From an uncultured Actinomycetota bacterium (GTDB lineage Bacteria; Actinomycetota; Actinomycetes; JACCUZ01), in the NCBI GenBank assembly GCA_963723975.1, contig CAVRTI010000002.1, positions 199,473 to 263,472 on the forward strand: 64,000 nucleotides of DNA, in the 5' to 3' direction. The notes below the pieces were generated by a model. That model did not search any database and was not told where the DNA came from. It saw only the letters and a list, made by a program, of their open reading frames with translations. This document shows, in pieces, positions 10,512 through 20,715 of this stretch (position 1 is the stretch's first letter; each line of letters starts with the position of its first letter). Position numbers and translations under genes: made by a program.

Positions 10512-11645
10512 CTAGCGGCGGGCCAGTCGCGAGGCCCGGTTCGCCGTCCGCACCAGCCGGGCCCGCCAGACCGGCGGGACCTTGCGCAGCAGGCTGCGCG
10601 GCACCATCTGCTCGGCGACCCGGATCAGCGCGTCGGCGCCACCCCCGCGGGTGCCACCCGGCGAGGAGCCGGCCCCCTTGCCCCCGCCCCCGCTGCCGCT
10701 CGCGCCGCTGCCGGTCGGTCGCAGGGCATGCAGCGACGACTGCGCGACGGCCTCGATCTCCGCGTAGTAGGCGCGGTAGGCCTCCCGTGACTCGTCCAGC
10801 CGGGCCTGGGCCTGCGGACCGTCGCCGTCCGGGACCGCGAGGTCGAGGAACTCCGTCCACACCCGCTCGGTCATCTGCTCGACCGCGGCCGGCACCCCGA
10901 GATCGGCGAAGCTCACCTTCTGCCGGTGCAGGGTGGGGTCGACGAAGGCGTCGATGGACGCCCGGGCCTCCGGGTCGAGGTCCTGCAGGGCGGGCACCGA
11001 CAGCGCCCGCCCGGTACGCGCGACCTGACCGGACCAGTCGGTGAGCAGGTCGTCGTAGCGGACGAACACCCGCTTCCGGCCGCGGGTCGCGAACTCGGTC
11101 TCCAGCATGATGTTGAGCCACGAGACGGTGCGGCTGGCCGGCGCCTGCCAGTCGCCGTACCACTTCATCGCGCTGCTGACGGCCTCCGCCGGGTGGCGCA
11201 GCAGGGTCGCGAACGACACCTCGACACCGAGGTCCTCCGCGGCCTTCTCCCACAGCGGGAGGAACCAGCCGATCCGCGGGTCCTTGACCACGACGGCGTC
11301 CCGGCCGACGAACTGCACCTTCAGCCAGCCGCGCAGCTCGGCCAGCGCCGCCGGGTCCTCGACCGCACGGGAGGTGTCCTGCCAGGCCGACGGCCGGGAG
11401 TCCCACACCGACACCCGGCGCGAGCGCAGCTGACGGCCGTGGAAGTCGACGGCCCACTTCGGCTCGCCGAAGCCCTTGGGGTTGGTCGAGTCGGCGTCGA
11501 CCTCGGGCTGCGGGACGTGGAACCCGGCCTTGCCCAGGATCGAGGTGAACAGGCTGGTACCGCTGCGGCCGACCCCTGCCACGAGGACGAGCCGGCGGGT
11601 CGGCGCACCTGCGCCCGGCGCGGCCGTCGACCCGTCGCTGCTCAT
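10512..11645 (-). CDS. sulfotransferase family protein with Gly/Ser linker and basic C-terminal tail
   Basis: PAPS-loop-like VAGVGRSGTS and later VRYDDLL motif. ATGA overlap with the upstream gene. Stop codon abuts the convergent gene's stop (TAGCTA). Confidence 0.8.
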   Translation of the reverse strand: MSSDGSTAAPGAGAPTRRLVLVAGVGRSGTSLFTSILGKAGFHVPQPEVDADSTNPKGFGEPKWAVDFHGRQLRSRRVSVWDSRPSAWQDTSRAVEDPAALAELRGWLKVQFVGRDAVVVKDPRIGWFLPLWEKAAEDLGVEVSFATLLRHPAEAVSSAMKWYGDWQAPASRTVSWLNIMLETEFATRGRKRVFVRYDDLLTDWSGQVARTGRALSVPALQDLDPEARASIDAFVDPTLHRQKVSFADLGVPAAVEQMTERVWTEFLDLAVPDGDGPQAQARLDESREAYRAYYAEIEAVAQSSLHALRPTGSGASGSGGGGKGAGSSPGGTRGGGADALIRVAEQMVPRSLLRKVPPVWRARLVRTANRASRLARR

Positions 11646-13693
11646 GCTTCCTCCTTCACGGCTGTCGCCGTGGTCGTCGTGCGGGTGTGCCGCTCGTCGT
11701 CGCCACGCGGCGGCGCGAGACCCGGCGAGCCGGGCCAGAGCCTGCGCACCACGCGCTCTGCCGCCCGGCCGTCCTCCAGCGAACAGTATCGGGCCCGGAA
11801 CTCGCTCCGGAGCGCGGCACTGACGGCGTCCTCGGCCTGCCCTGAGCGCAGGACGTCGGTCAGCTCGGCCTGCGTCGTCGCGACCGCACCGGGCGGCTCG
11901 GCCATCAGGTCGAAGTACGTTCCGCGCTCGGCGCGGTAGGTCTCCCAGTCCGGCGCGTAGATGACGATCGGCCGGTCGAGGACGGCGTAGTCGAACATCA
12001 GCGACGAGTAGTCGGTCACCAGCAGGTCGGAGGCGATCGCGAGGTCCTCGATGGAGGGGTGCGCCGCGACATCGACGATCCGCTCGCTCGCCCCCGCGGT
12101 GTCAGCGCCGCGGTAGAAGTAGTGCGCCCGCATGAGCACGACGACGTCGGGCCCGAGCTCCGCGACGAGGGCGTCGAGGTCGAGAAAGGACACGTACTCC
12201 GGGCTGTACTCGCGGTGAGTGGGCGTGTAGAGCACGGCCTTCTGCCCCGGCGCGAGACCCAGCTCGGCACGCACCCGGTCGCGGTGCTCGGCGGTGGCGG
12301 TGGCCAGGACGTCGTTGCGCGGGTACCCGGTCTCCAGGCTCTCGTAGGTGCCGCTCGGGTAGACGCGCTCCCAGATCTCGGTGGTGAACTCGTTCGCCGA
12401 GATGCTGTAGTCCCACCGCTCCACGCGCTTCATCAGCCGCTTGAAGTTCAGCCCCAGGCTGCTGTGCCGGGCGTTGACCAGGTCCAGCCCCATCGTCTTG
12501 AGCGGGGTGCCGTGGTGGGTCTGCAGGTGCACCTGGCCGCGCCGCTTGACGATGTCGTTGGGGAAGTTGACGTTGTTGACGAAGTAGGTCGCCCTCGCCA
12601 TCACGCGGTAGTACTCGCGGCTGCCCTCCACGACGTGCTCGACGCCCGGTGGGATGACGTGCTCGGAGCCGGCTTTCACCACCCAGACACCGCGCAGCCA
12701 CGGCACCAGCTCGCCGGCCTTCTCGTAGATGGCGCGCGGGTTGCACGAGTACGCCGCGCCCCAGTAGGCGGCGAACACCGCGAGCGCCGGGTCGAGCGGC
12801 TTGCGTCGCTCGGCCGCGTATCGGACCTCGCGGACTGCCTTGCGCAGATCGGTCCGGCTTCGGGGGACGCGTCGCGCAACTCCTCGGACGGTGGCCGCCG
12901 CGGGGCGCCGCGCCCTCGTGAGCCCGGCGTTCACGTGGCGCCAGCCCGCCTCCCGCTTCGGTCGCGCGATCTCCGGGCCGCGCGCGTCCGGAGCATCGGC
13001 GTACCACGGGTCGCCATGGGTCCACTGCTGGACGACGCGGGCGGGAAGCAGGCGGTGCGCGTGGACCGGGGTGTCGACCTGCTCCACGGTGGTGGCGGCG
13101 GCGAGGACTGCGGACGCGAAGCGGCTCTCGTCGCGGTGCGCGCCCGGCCGCATGTCGATGCCGAGCAGGTGTTCCCGGCGGACGAGCCGGTTGCGCATGA
13201 CCGGCCGGCCGCGCGGGCCGGCGTCGGGGCGACGGTCCTTACCGAAGATGTCGCGTTCGATCTCCCCCACCAGCAAGACGTCGGGCGCCGACGCCAGGCC
13301 GGACGTCACCGCCGCGAACGCTCCGGGCAGCATCAGGTCGGCGGCGTCGAAGAACCAGACGTAGTCGCCCCGGGCCAGCTCGCGACCGGTCTCGAGGGCG
13401 GCCGACGTGCCGAGCTGCGTCTCCGAACGGTGCACGCGGACGCGCTGATCACCGGCAGCGACCTCCGCGACGATGCGCGCCGTGTGGTCGTTCGAGCCGT
13501 CGTCGACCACGACCAGGTCGAGGTCGTCCGGTGCCTGGTCAAGGATCGAGCGCAGCGACGGCCGGACCCAGGCCTGGTGTTTTCGGACGACCAGGACGAC
13601 GCTCAACAGCACCGGGCTGACGCTACCCGACGCCAGGTGACGCGGTTGTCGAGCATCCGGGGCGCCCGCGTATCGTGGGGCCGCTTCGTCCAC
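11642..13693 (-). CDS. bifunctional GT2-like / CDP-glycerol glycerophosphotransferase (TagF-like), 683 aa
   Basis: N-terminal GT2-like region (VVVDDGSNDHT). TagF motifs (QTHHGTPLK, VLYTPTHR, VLMRAHY, LVTDYSS). Confidence 0.9.
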   Translation of the reverse strand: MDEAAPRYAGAPDARQPRHLASGSVSPVLLSVVLVVRKHQAWVRPSLRSILDQAPDDLDLVVVDDGSNDHTARIVAEVAAGDQRVRVHRSETQLGTSAALETGRELARGDYVWFFDAADLMLPGAFAAVTSGLASAPDVLLVGEIERDIFGKDRRPDAGPRGRPVMRNRLVRREHLLGIDMRPGAHRDESRFASAVLAAATTVEQVDTPVHAHRLLPARVVQQWTHGDPWYADAPDARGPEIARPKREAGWRHVNAGLTRARRPAAATVRGVARRVPRSRTDLRKAVREVRYAAERRKPLDPALAVFAAYWGAAYSCNPRAIYEKAGELVPWLRGVWVVKAGSEHVIPPGVEHVVEGSREYYRVMARATYFVNNVNFPNDIVKRRGQVHLQTHHGTPLKTMGLDLVNARHSSLGLNFKRLMKRVERWDYSISANEFTTEIWERVYPSGTYESLETGYPRNDVLATATAEHRDRVRAELGLAPGQKAVLYTPTHREYSPEYVSFLDLDALVAELGPDVVVLMRAHYFYRGADTAGASERIVDVAAHPSIEDLAIASDLLVTDYSSLMFDYAVLDRPIVIYAPDWETYRAERGTYFDLMAEPPGAVATTQAELTDVLRSGQAEDAVSAALRSEFRARYCSLEDGRAAERVVRRLWPGSPGLAPPRGDDERHTRTTTTATAVKEEA

Positions 13694-13725
13694 TGCCCCC
13701 CACTGCCGCTCATCGAGGAGACCGC

Positions 13726-14823
13726 GTGCCCGACGACCGTACCGATGTCGTGAGCGGCGGACGGCCGATCTTCATCGTGGGGCCGATGGGGTCCGGGACC
13801 ACGCTGATGCGCCTGATCGTCGACAGCCACGACAACATCGCGATCGCCCAGGAGACGTCGATCATGCGCGCCTACCTGGCGCACAAGTGGATTCCCTTCC
13901 ACCGGCACGGCGGCGACTGGTACGGCCGGCTCGGGTGGTCCGACGACGAGCTCGACGTCCGGATGCGCGAGTTCTACTCCGGCATGTTCGAGCGGTTCGC
14001 GGCGGGGCAGGGCAAGCAGCGGTGGGGGGACAAGACGCCGTGGCACGCCTGGCACCTCCGGGAGCTCGCGCGGGTCTTCCCCGATGCCGTGTTCATCGCC
14101 ATGGTCCGCCAGCCTGGCGCGGTGGCGACCTCGGTCTCCGAACGGTTCCGGCTGGACTGGGACGGCGCGGTCAACCACTGGGTCAACACCACGACCGAGC
14201 AGGTCCAGCGGGGCATCGAGCTCGGCGACCGGCTGCTCATGGTCCGCTACGAGGACCTGGTCACCTCCCCCGAGACCACGCTGCGCGAGGTCTTCTCGTG
14301 GCTCGACGAGCCCTGGTCCGACCGCCTGCTCGAGCACGACAAGGTGCACGCGGAGCGCGGCACCGCGAAGAAGGTCGAAGGCGCGACCCGGTCGGACAAG
14401 CCGATCGTCACCGACCGGATGACGGCGTGGGTGGCGGACAAGACTCCCGAGCAGCTCGCCGTCCTGACCAAGAAGGCCAGCGAGCTCGCCCCGTTCTACG
14501 GCTACGACATCGAGGACCCCGAGGCGCTCGCCCCGATGGACGTCCCCGGAACGCCGGGGCGCAGGACGCTGACCGGCACCGAGCTGGCGGTGCGCAAGGC
14601 GCAGTTCCCCCAGCTGGCCGCGGAGTTCGACCGCGAGATCACGCCGTGGGCCGGCAACCGGATGCTCACCCCGGAGGCGGTCGGCATCATCAAGGGCCCG
14701 GGCCGCAAGGCCAAGGCGGCGAAGACGGCCAAGACGGCCAAGAAGGCTCCACCGCCCAAGTCGCCGGCCGCGAAGGTGAAGGCACGGCTCCGTCGGGTGG
14801 CGCGCCGGGTGCGGTCCCGCTGA
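13726..14823 (+). CDS. sulfotransferase family protein with Lys/Ala/Pro-rich basic tail
   Basis: GTG 13726 with GAGGAG at 13715-13720. PAPS loop IVGPMGSGTTL. 3' motif VRYEDLVTSPETTLREVFSWLDEPW. Tail KAKAAKTAKTAKKAPPPKSPAAKVKARLRRVARRVRSR. Confidence 0.85.
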   Translation: MPDDRTDVVSGGRPIFIVGPMGSGTTLMRLIVDSHDNIAIAQETSIMRAYLAHKWIPFHRHGGDWYGRLGWSDDELDVRMREFYSGMFERFAAGQGKQRWGDKTPWHAWHLRELARVFPDAVFIAMVRQPGAVATSVSERFRLDWDGAVNHWVNTTTEQVQRGIELGDRLLMVRYEDLVTSPETTLREVFSWLDEPWSDRLLEHDKVHAERGTAKKVEGATRSDKPIVTDRMTAWVADKTPEQLAVLTKKASELAPFYGYDIEDPEALAPMDVPGTPGRRTLTGTELAVRKAQFPQLAAEFDREITPWAGNRMLTPEAVGIIKGPGRKAKAAKTAKTAKKAPPPKSPAAKVKARLRRVARRVRSR

Positions 14824-15239
14824 CCCGGCAGATCGGCGGGCCGTTCTACCACGGGACGAAGTCCGCACTCGAGGCCGGCGATGAGCTGCTCCCCGGCTAC
14901 GGCTCCAACTTCCAGGTGGGCCGGGTGTCGAACAACATCTACTTCACCGCGCTCGTGGACACAGCCGCATGGGGAGCGGAGCTGGCGACAGCGCTGGCCG
15001 GGAGCGGCGAGCGGGGACGCATCTATGTCGTCGAGCCCCTCGGCCCCTTCGAGGACGACCCCAACGTGACCGACAAGAGATTCCCGGGCAACCCCACGCA
15101 GTCCTATCGCACCCGCCATCCGCTGCGCGTCGTCGGCGAGGTGGACGACTGGGAGGGTCACGACCCGGAGGTTCTGCAGGAGATGCTGGATCACCTGGCG
15201 CCGTTGCGGGAGCAGGGGCTGGACGTCATCGAGGACTAG
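14820..15239 (+). CDS. arr: NAD+--rifampin ADP-ribosyltransferase (Arr) homolog
   Basis: Arr-family similarity over the whole length (GPFYHGTK, IYFTA, AAWGAELA, RIYVVEPLGPFEDDPNVTDKRFPGNPTQSYR, PLRVVGEVDDWEGH). There is no in-frame ATG or GTG just upstream of the conserved core. CTG 14820 overlaps the sulfotransferase stop (CTGA), so the start is uncertain. Confidence 0.8.
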   Translation: MTRQIGGPFYHGTKSALEAGDELLPGYGSNFQVGRVSNNIYFTALVDTAAWGAELATALAGSGERGRIYVVEPLGPFEDDPNVTDKRFPGNPTQSYRTRHPLRVVGEVDDWEGHDPEVLQEMLDHLAPLREQGLDVIED

Positions 15240-15281
15240 GCGAAGTCCTCCCGACAGCGGCACCCGTCGAGTGCAGGGCCC

Positions 15282-16541
15282 TCAGGAGCCGGGAGGGCAC
15301 TTCGCTCGGCCCCACGCGAGGCAGTCGACGACGATCGCGTCGTAGGTGCGCAGCAGCACCCGGCCGGTGTCGTTGTGCATCGGCGGCACCTTGGCCTTCA
15401 GGTGCCGGCTGAGCCGGCTGTCGTCACCGGAACCGCTGGAGACCCGCATCGTCTCGCCGGGGTGCAGCCAGTGGTCCGCAGGGAACTCGTAGATGTAGGG
15501 GAACTCCTCGAGCACGAGCCCGCCGGTCTGCACCGGGACCTGGCCCTGGTTGCTGATCTCGACGTACTCGGTGTTGAGGGCGTGTCCCTCGTTGCCGGGC
15601 GGGTCGATCTCCACGTGCGAGAACACGATCGCGCCACCCGTGGGGTCCCCGCACGAGTAGGTGCACGGCCAGGTCATGTGGGCCCGGATGTCGTTGTTGG
15701 GGTCGATCAGGTAGCTGCCACTGCCCAGGTGCTTGCCACCGTCGATCGAGGCGTTGACCAGCATCGGCACGCTGCTGCCGAGGAAGCGATCGGTCGCGCT
15801 GTTGGTGCCGAAGCCGACGTGGATGTCGACGGCCTGGCCGGGCGGGATGAAACCGCCGGAGGGCACCCGGCGGCTGCGGTCGTTGCCGACCCGCAGGGTC
15901 CAGCCGTCGATGCTCACCGGCGCCGGGCCGTCGTTGCGGATCCGGATGAACTCCTGGTTGCGCCGCGCCGTCTCGCCCATCCAGTCCGCAGCGTCGGAGA
16001 CGTACTGCACCTGCATGGTCAGGGACTCCTCCGAGAACGGCCCGATGCCGCACCGGGAGCTGTTGAACCAGCCCAGCCTGGCGGCGGCCGCACGGTCTGC
16101 TGCCTGGTGCTGCTGGAGGCTCTGGGTGATCTCTCCGTCCCGGGGCATCCAGACGCCCCAGCCGCGCTCGAGCATCCAGGTCGAGGCGTCGACCTTCTTG
16201 CCGCCGGCGATAGGCACGATCACCCGCCGCTCCGGGCGGTTCATGATCCCGGTGCGGCCCTTGTCGGAGCGCAGCTCGACGATCTTGTGCCGGACCAGGC
16301 TCTTCAGCGCGTTGGTCGACGCGGCGAAGCCGCACAGCCCGTGCTCGGGGGCGTCGATCCCGATCAGCCGGATGCGGGCGTCGATCCGGCCGTCGCGGTT
16401 GCGGTCGACGTCGATGGTGTCGCCGTCCAGGACACGGACGACCCTCACCTTCTCGTAGGTGCCGGCATCGGCGGTCGGCGGCGGCACGAGGAGCATGAAG
16501 GGCAGCGCAAGCGCAAGGGCCCACAGGCTCGGACGGATCAT
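15282..16541 (-). CDS. secreted thermonuclease (SNase-like) with two lamin-tail-like domains
   Basis: ATG 16541 followed by a signal-peptide-like MIRPSLWALALALPFMLLVPPPTADA. SNase motifs LDGDTIDV and RLIGIDAPE. Two LTD-like segments (EFIRIRNDG..., EYVEISNQG...). Confidence 0.85.
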   Translation of the reverse strand: MIRPSLWALALALPFMLLVPPPTADAGTYEKVRVVRVLDGDTIDVDRNRDGRIDARIRLIGIDAPEHGLCGFAASTNALKSLVRHKIVELRSDKGRTGIMNRPERRVIVPIAGGKKVDASTWMLERGWGVWMPRDGEITQSLQQHQAADRAAAARLGWFNSSRCGIGPFSEESLTMQVQYVSDAADWMGETARRNQEFIRIRNDGPAPVSIDGWTLRVGNDRSRRVPSGGFIPPGQAVDIHVGFGTNSATDRFLGSSVPMLVNASIDGGKHLGSGSYLIDPNNDIRAHMTWPCTYSCGDPTGGAIVFSHVEIDPPGNEGHALNTEYVEISNQGQVPVQTGGLVLEEFPYIYEFPADHWLHPGETMRVSSGSGDDSRLSRHLKAKVPPMHNDTGRVLLRTYDAIVVDCLAWGRAKCPPGS

Positions 16542-16650
16542 GGCTGCGCGGGTCACCCCATGGACATCGGCGCCTCGAACGGCGCTCTTGAGAGCGGAAC
16601 GGACGAGGGCAAAGTAGCCCGGACCGGGCAAAGGGCTGGTCAGCCGCCGG

Positions 16651-17803
16651 TCAACGGTCCACGAGGGCGAAGACGGCCTCCCACTGGGCCACCACGGCGT
16701 CGGGGGCGAACCGCCGGACGCTCTCCCGCGCGGCCCGGCCGTAGGCACGGCGGAGCTCCTCGTCGCCCATCAGCCGGGCGAGGCCGTCGGCAAGCGCCTC
16801 GACGTTCCTGGGCGGCACCACGATGCCGTCGACGCCGTCGGTGACGATCTCGCGCACACCGGGGGCGCAGTCGAACGCCACGCAGGCCAGCCCGCAGGCC
16901 ATCCCCTCGGCCAGCGCCATGGGCAGGCCCTCATGGATGGAGGACAGCGCGAACACCGAGGCGTGGACCAGCTCTGCCTCGATGTCGTCGGCCAGCCCGG
17001 GCAGCAGCACGCGCTCGGTCAGCCCGAGCGCCTCGACCTGCTTCCGGAGCCGAGGTAGCAGCGGGCCGCTGCCGAAGATCTTCAGCGACCCACCCCGGGT
17101 GGTCACCGACGACCTGGGCGAAGGCGTTGATCAGACGGTCGTAGCCCTTCTCCGGGGCGAGCCGGCCGGCTGCGACGACGACGCGCGCGCTGACGTCACT
17201 GGCGACTTCGGGGTAGAACGACAGCGAGTTGTGCATGACGCCGACGTTGTTGAAGCCCTCGAGCTCGAACCGCGAGGCGTCGTGCTCGGTGAGCAGCAGC
17301 AGCAGGTCCACGTCCCGGTAGAACTTCTGCACCCGCTCCCAACGGGTCGAACCGAGCGTCGCGTCGAAGGACTCATGGCTCATCCCGATCACGTGCAGGT
17401 GGTCGGTCGCTGCGGGAGCGACCCAGTTCATCGACCAGACCTGCATGCAGACGACGAGCCCGTCCTCGGCCTCGGCGAAGAGCGCGGAGAGCCGGTCGAC
17501 GGCCGCTGTCCGGGCCGCGACGTGCGCCTTCCGGGCGGCGACGACCCGGGGGTCCACCCGCGCACGCAGGCCGGCCTCCTCGGGCTCCGGCGGTTCCGGC
17601 GCCTCGTTGAGCACCAGCCAGCGGTAGGGGCGGTCCCCGTAGTCGTGCGGCTCGGGGTGGTGCTGGATGCCGATCACTGTGACACGGTGGCCACGGTCGT
17701 GCAGCATCAGTGCGAGGTTGTGGGTCACTCGCTGGACCCCGCCCAGCTCCTCGAGGTTGTTGGCCACCAGGAACACGTCCCGGGGCTGCTCGGCCCGGGT
17801 CAC
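16651..17803 (-). pseudogene. glycosyltransferase family 4 (GT-B), frameshifted near 17090
   Basis: GTG 17803 overlaps the upstream stop (GTGA). GT4 motif EGLPMALAEGMACGLACVAFD. The frame breaks at ...FAQVVGDHPGW | SLKIFGSGPLL... through one extra nucleotide in a C run at 17089-17091. Confidence 0.85.
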
Positions 17804-20647
17804 GACGACCCTGCCCGTGCGAAGAACTCGTCGACCACGGCCTCGGCCGCGTGGCCCGACTCGTAGGTGCAGAACCGGTCCCGGAACGCGGCGTAACGCT
17901 CGCGATACCGGTCGACATCGTCGTCGACCGAGCGCAGGGCCTGGACCAGCTCGTCGTGGGTCGCCACCATCGGGCCGGGGGCGACGTCCGGCAGGTCGAA
18001 GTACGTGCCCCGCTCGTCGCGGACGTAGTCCTGGTAGTCGTAGGTGTAGAACACCATCGGCTTGCCGGAGTTCGCGAAGTCGAACATCACCGAGGAGTAG
18101 TCGGTGACCAGCACGTCTGCGAGCAGCATCAGCTCGGTGACGTCGTGATGACGCGACACGTCGGTCGCGAACGGCGCGAACCGCGGCGAGAGCTTGAAGT
18201 TGTCGAGGTAGTGCGGGCGCAGCAGCAGGTGGACCTCTCCGCCGAGCTCCCGGCGCATCGGTTCGAGGTCCAGCGGGAGCACGTACGACGTCCCGAGCCG
18301 GCGGGCCCGGTCGCGGAAGGTCGGGCAGTAGAGCACCAGCCGCCGGTCGGTGGGCAGGCCGAGCTCCTGCTTCTTGGCCCGCACCCACGCCTCGTCGGCT
18401 CCACGTACCAGCAGGTCGTTGCGCGGCAGACCCTTGCGCACCAGCCGCCCCTGGAAGCCGTAGGACTTGACGAAGGTCTCGACGAAGTACTCGCTGGGCA
18501 CCAGCAAGGCGCTCCACCGCTTGACCATCGCTCGCTGCTGCCGGCGTACCCCGGCTCCGGCCCGCTCCAGCGCAGGCGAGTCGAACCCCATCCGCTTCAA
18601 CGGCGTGCCGTGCCAGGTCTGCACGTACGTCGTCTCGCGGCGCCGCGCGAAAGCCCGCGGGAAGCCCTGGTTGTCGACCCAGAACTCGGCCCGGGCGAGG
18701 TCCAGGTGGTAGCGCCAGCTGTCCCGGCGTACCAGCCGCACGTCGGTCGGGAACCCGTCGGTGCGTCGCGCGTAGGACCACACCGGGTCAAGTCCGAGCC
18801 GGTCGAGGCCGGCAGCCACCGCGGCCTCGTAGATGTAGCGCGGGCTGTCGGAGTACTGCTTGCCCATGTGCGACTCGAACACAGCGAGGCCGCTCTTGAC
18901 GGGCAGCCGGCGGAACACCTTGTACGCCAGGGCCTTGAGGGCGGCGTTGTTGCCGATGGTCCTGCTCGACCGCCACCGCACCGATTGGCTGGCCCGCTTG
19001 CGCAGGAAGTCGGCTCTGGCCCCCGCCGCGGACAGCCTGGTGTCCGGCGCCTGCTCGAAGGCCAGGTTGAGCCGGGTGGTGACGAAGGGGACCACGTATC
19101 CGGTGGCTGCGCCGCCCAGCCGGGCCCGGACCGGGATGCGACGGCCGGTCACCTTCGTCGGGTCGATGGCGATCGGCGAGACGTTCACCTCCGTGCCGCG
19201 TCGGATCTCCAACCGGACGTCCCAGACCGGGTTCTCCAGGTCGAGCTCGCCGACGGCAGCCGAGACGTCGATGTCCGTGCGGTAGAAGAGCCGGTCCCCC
19301 TCGACCCACCAGTCCCGCACCGGCCGCGACCGGCTCCGGCCGCCGGCGCCTCGTGACTTCACGTTGAGGAACAGCTCCAGGTCGTCGTCCGGCTGGATGC
19401 GTCCCAGCGGGATCACGACCCGGCCCGTCGATCTGCATGACCGAGCGCTTCATCCGGACATCGGTGATGAGGTTGTGCAGGGCGAGCCGGTCGAACGGCA
19501 GCCGATGGAACCCCATCTCGGTGACGTCCATCGCGGCGCGGTCTTGCGGGGTGTCGAGGTACTTCCCGGACCAGTACACCCGCCCGTCGCGCTCGACCAG
19601 GTCCGTCGAGAGCTTGAAGCCGAACCGGAGGTAGTCGACCGTGCTCAGCGTCCCCGCGACGTCGAGTCGCCGGATCAGGTGCACGCACACCCGCTCGACT
19701 GGCAGGAGCATCGCCAGCGTCTCCTCGCTGACCGTCGCGAGGTAGTCGGCGGCGAGCTGCATGAACTTGCGCTGGTAGTCGTCGTCGCGTTCCGGGAGGT
19801 CGGAGAGGTACAGCTTCAGGTCGTGCCGGATGAACTTGAAGTCCTTGTGCACCTTGAGGTCGGCCGAACCGTGCTCGCGCAGGAAGTCGTCCATCATCCG
19901 GTGCACCGCGACCCGGTCCCGGAAGTTCTCGAACTCGTAGCGCCGCTGGGTGATCGAGGCCTCCGCCTCCTCGGCGTCCGCCACCACCCGCCAGTAGTAG
20001 ACGACGTTCGGGATCACTGCGATGGTCTCGGCCTGGCAGTAGACCTCGGTCGAGAACAGCGAGTCCTCGTAGTGCACGCCCTCCGGGAACCGGATCTCGT
20101 TGCGGTCCAGGAACTCGCGGCGGTAGATCTTGTTGGTCGAGAGCGGGTCGAAGAAGAGCAACGGGTTCTCGCGCACACCGCGGTAGACGGCGCGGCCGGT
20201 GAACAGCTTCTTGGCCCAGGGCAACTCGCGGTTATTCGCCAGGTGGATCCGGACCACCTTCCCGGCGACGACGTCCGCGCCGGTCCGCTCGGCCGCGACC
20301 AGCAGGTTCTTGCAGGCATGCCGCTCGTAGACGTCGTCGCTGTCCAGGAACATGACGTACGGCGCCCTCGCCCGCTCGATGCCGACGTTGCGCGGCAGAC
20401 TGCATCCGCCGCTGTTCTCCGGCAGGCGCACGACGCTGACCCGGGGGTCCTCCCGGGCGATCTCCTCGGCCAGCTGCACCGAGTCGTCGGTCGAGCAGTC
20501 GTCGACGACCAGCACCTCGAGGTTGCGCAGGCTCTGGCCGAGCACCGACCTGATCGCCTTCGGCAGGTTCTTGCGGTCGTTGTACCCGATGACCACGACC
20601 GACACGTCAGGCGAGGCGGGTGGGCCGGAGACGGTCCGTCGGGCCAC
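17800..20647 (-). pseudogene. bifunctional GT2 / CDP-glycerol glycerophosphotransferase (TagF-like), frameshifted near 19422
   Basis: GTG 20647 with GGGAGGAAG 5 nt upstream. GT2 motifs (VVVIGYNDRKNL, VDDCSTDDS, LDSDD). TagF motifs (QTWHGTPLK, VLYCPTFR, LLLRPHY, LVTDYSS). The frame breaks at ...MQIDG | RVVIPLGRIQ... Confidence 0.85.
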
Positions 20648-20715
20648 TCGGACTTCCTCCCGTTTCTCGTACGTCGTCTGCCGGCAGCGGCCGCCAAGTC
20701 TATGGCGGGGATGTT

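Noticed and set aside
6126-11457. Very long ORFs on the opposite strand or in alternative frames of the TagF and sulfotransferase genes (for example 6126..9473 -, 7871..11044 +, 10270..11457 -)
   Set aside because: Their Arg/Pro/Gly/Ala-dominated low-complexity translations have no recognisable motifs, and they overlap strongly supported genes. This is the expected consequence of stop-codon scarcity at this GC content. The same applies to similar ORFs throughout the track.
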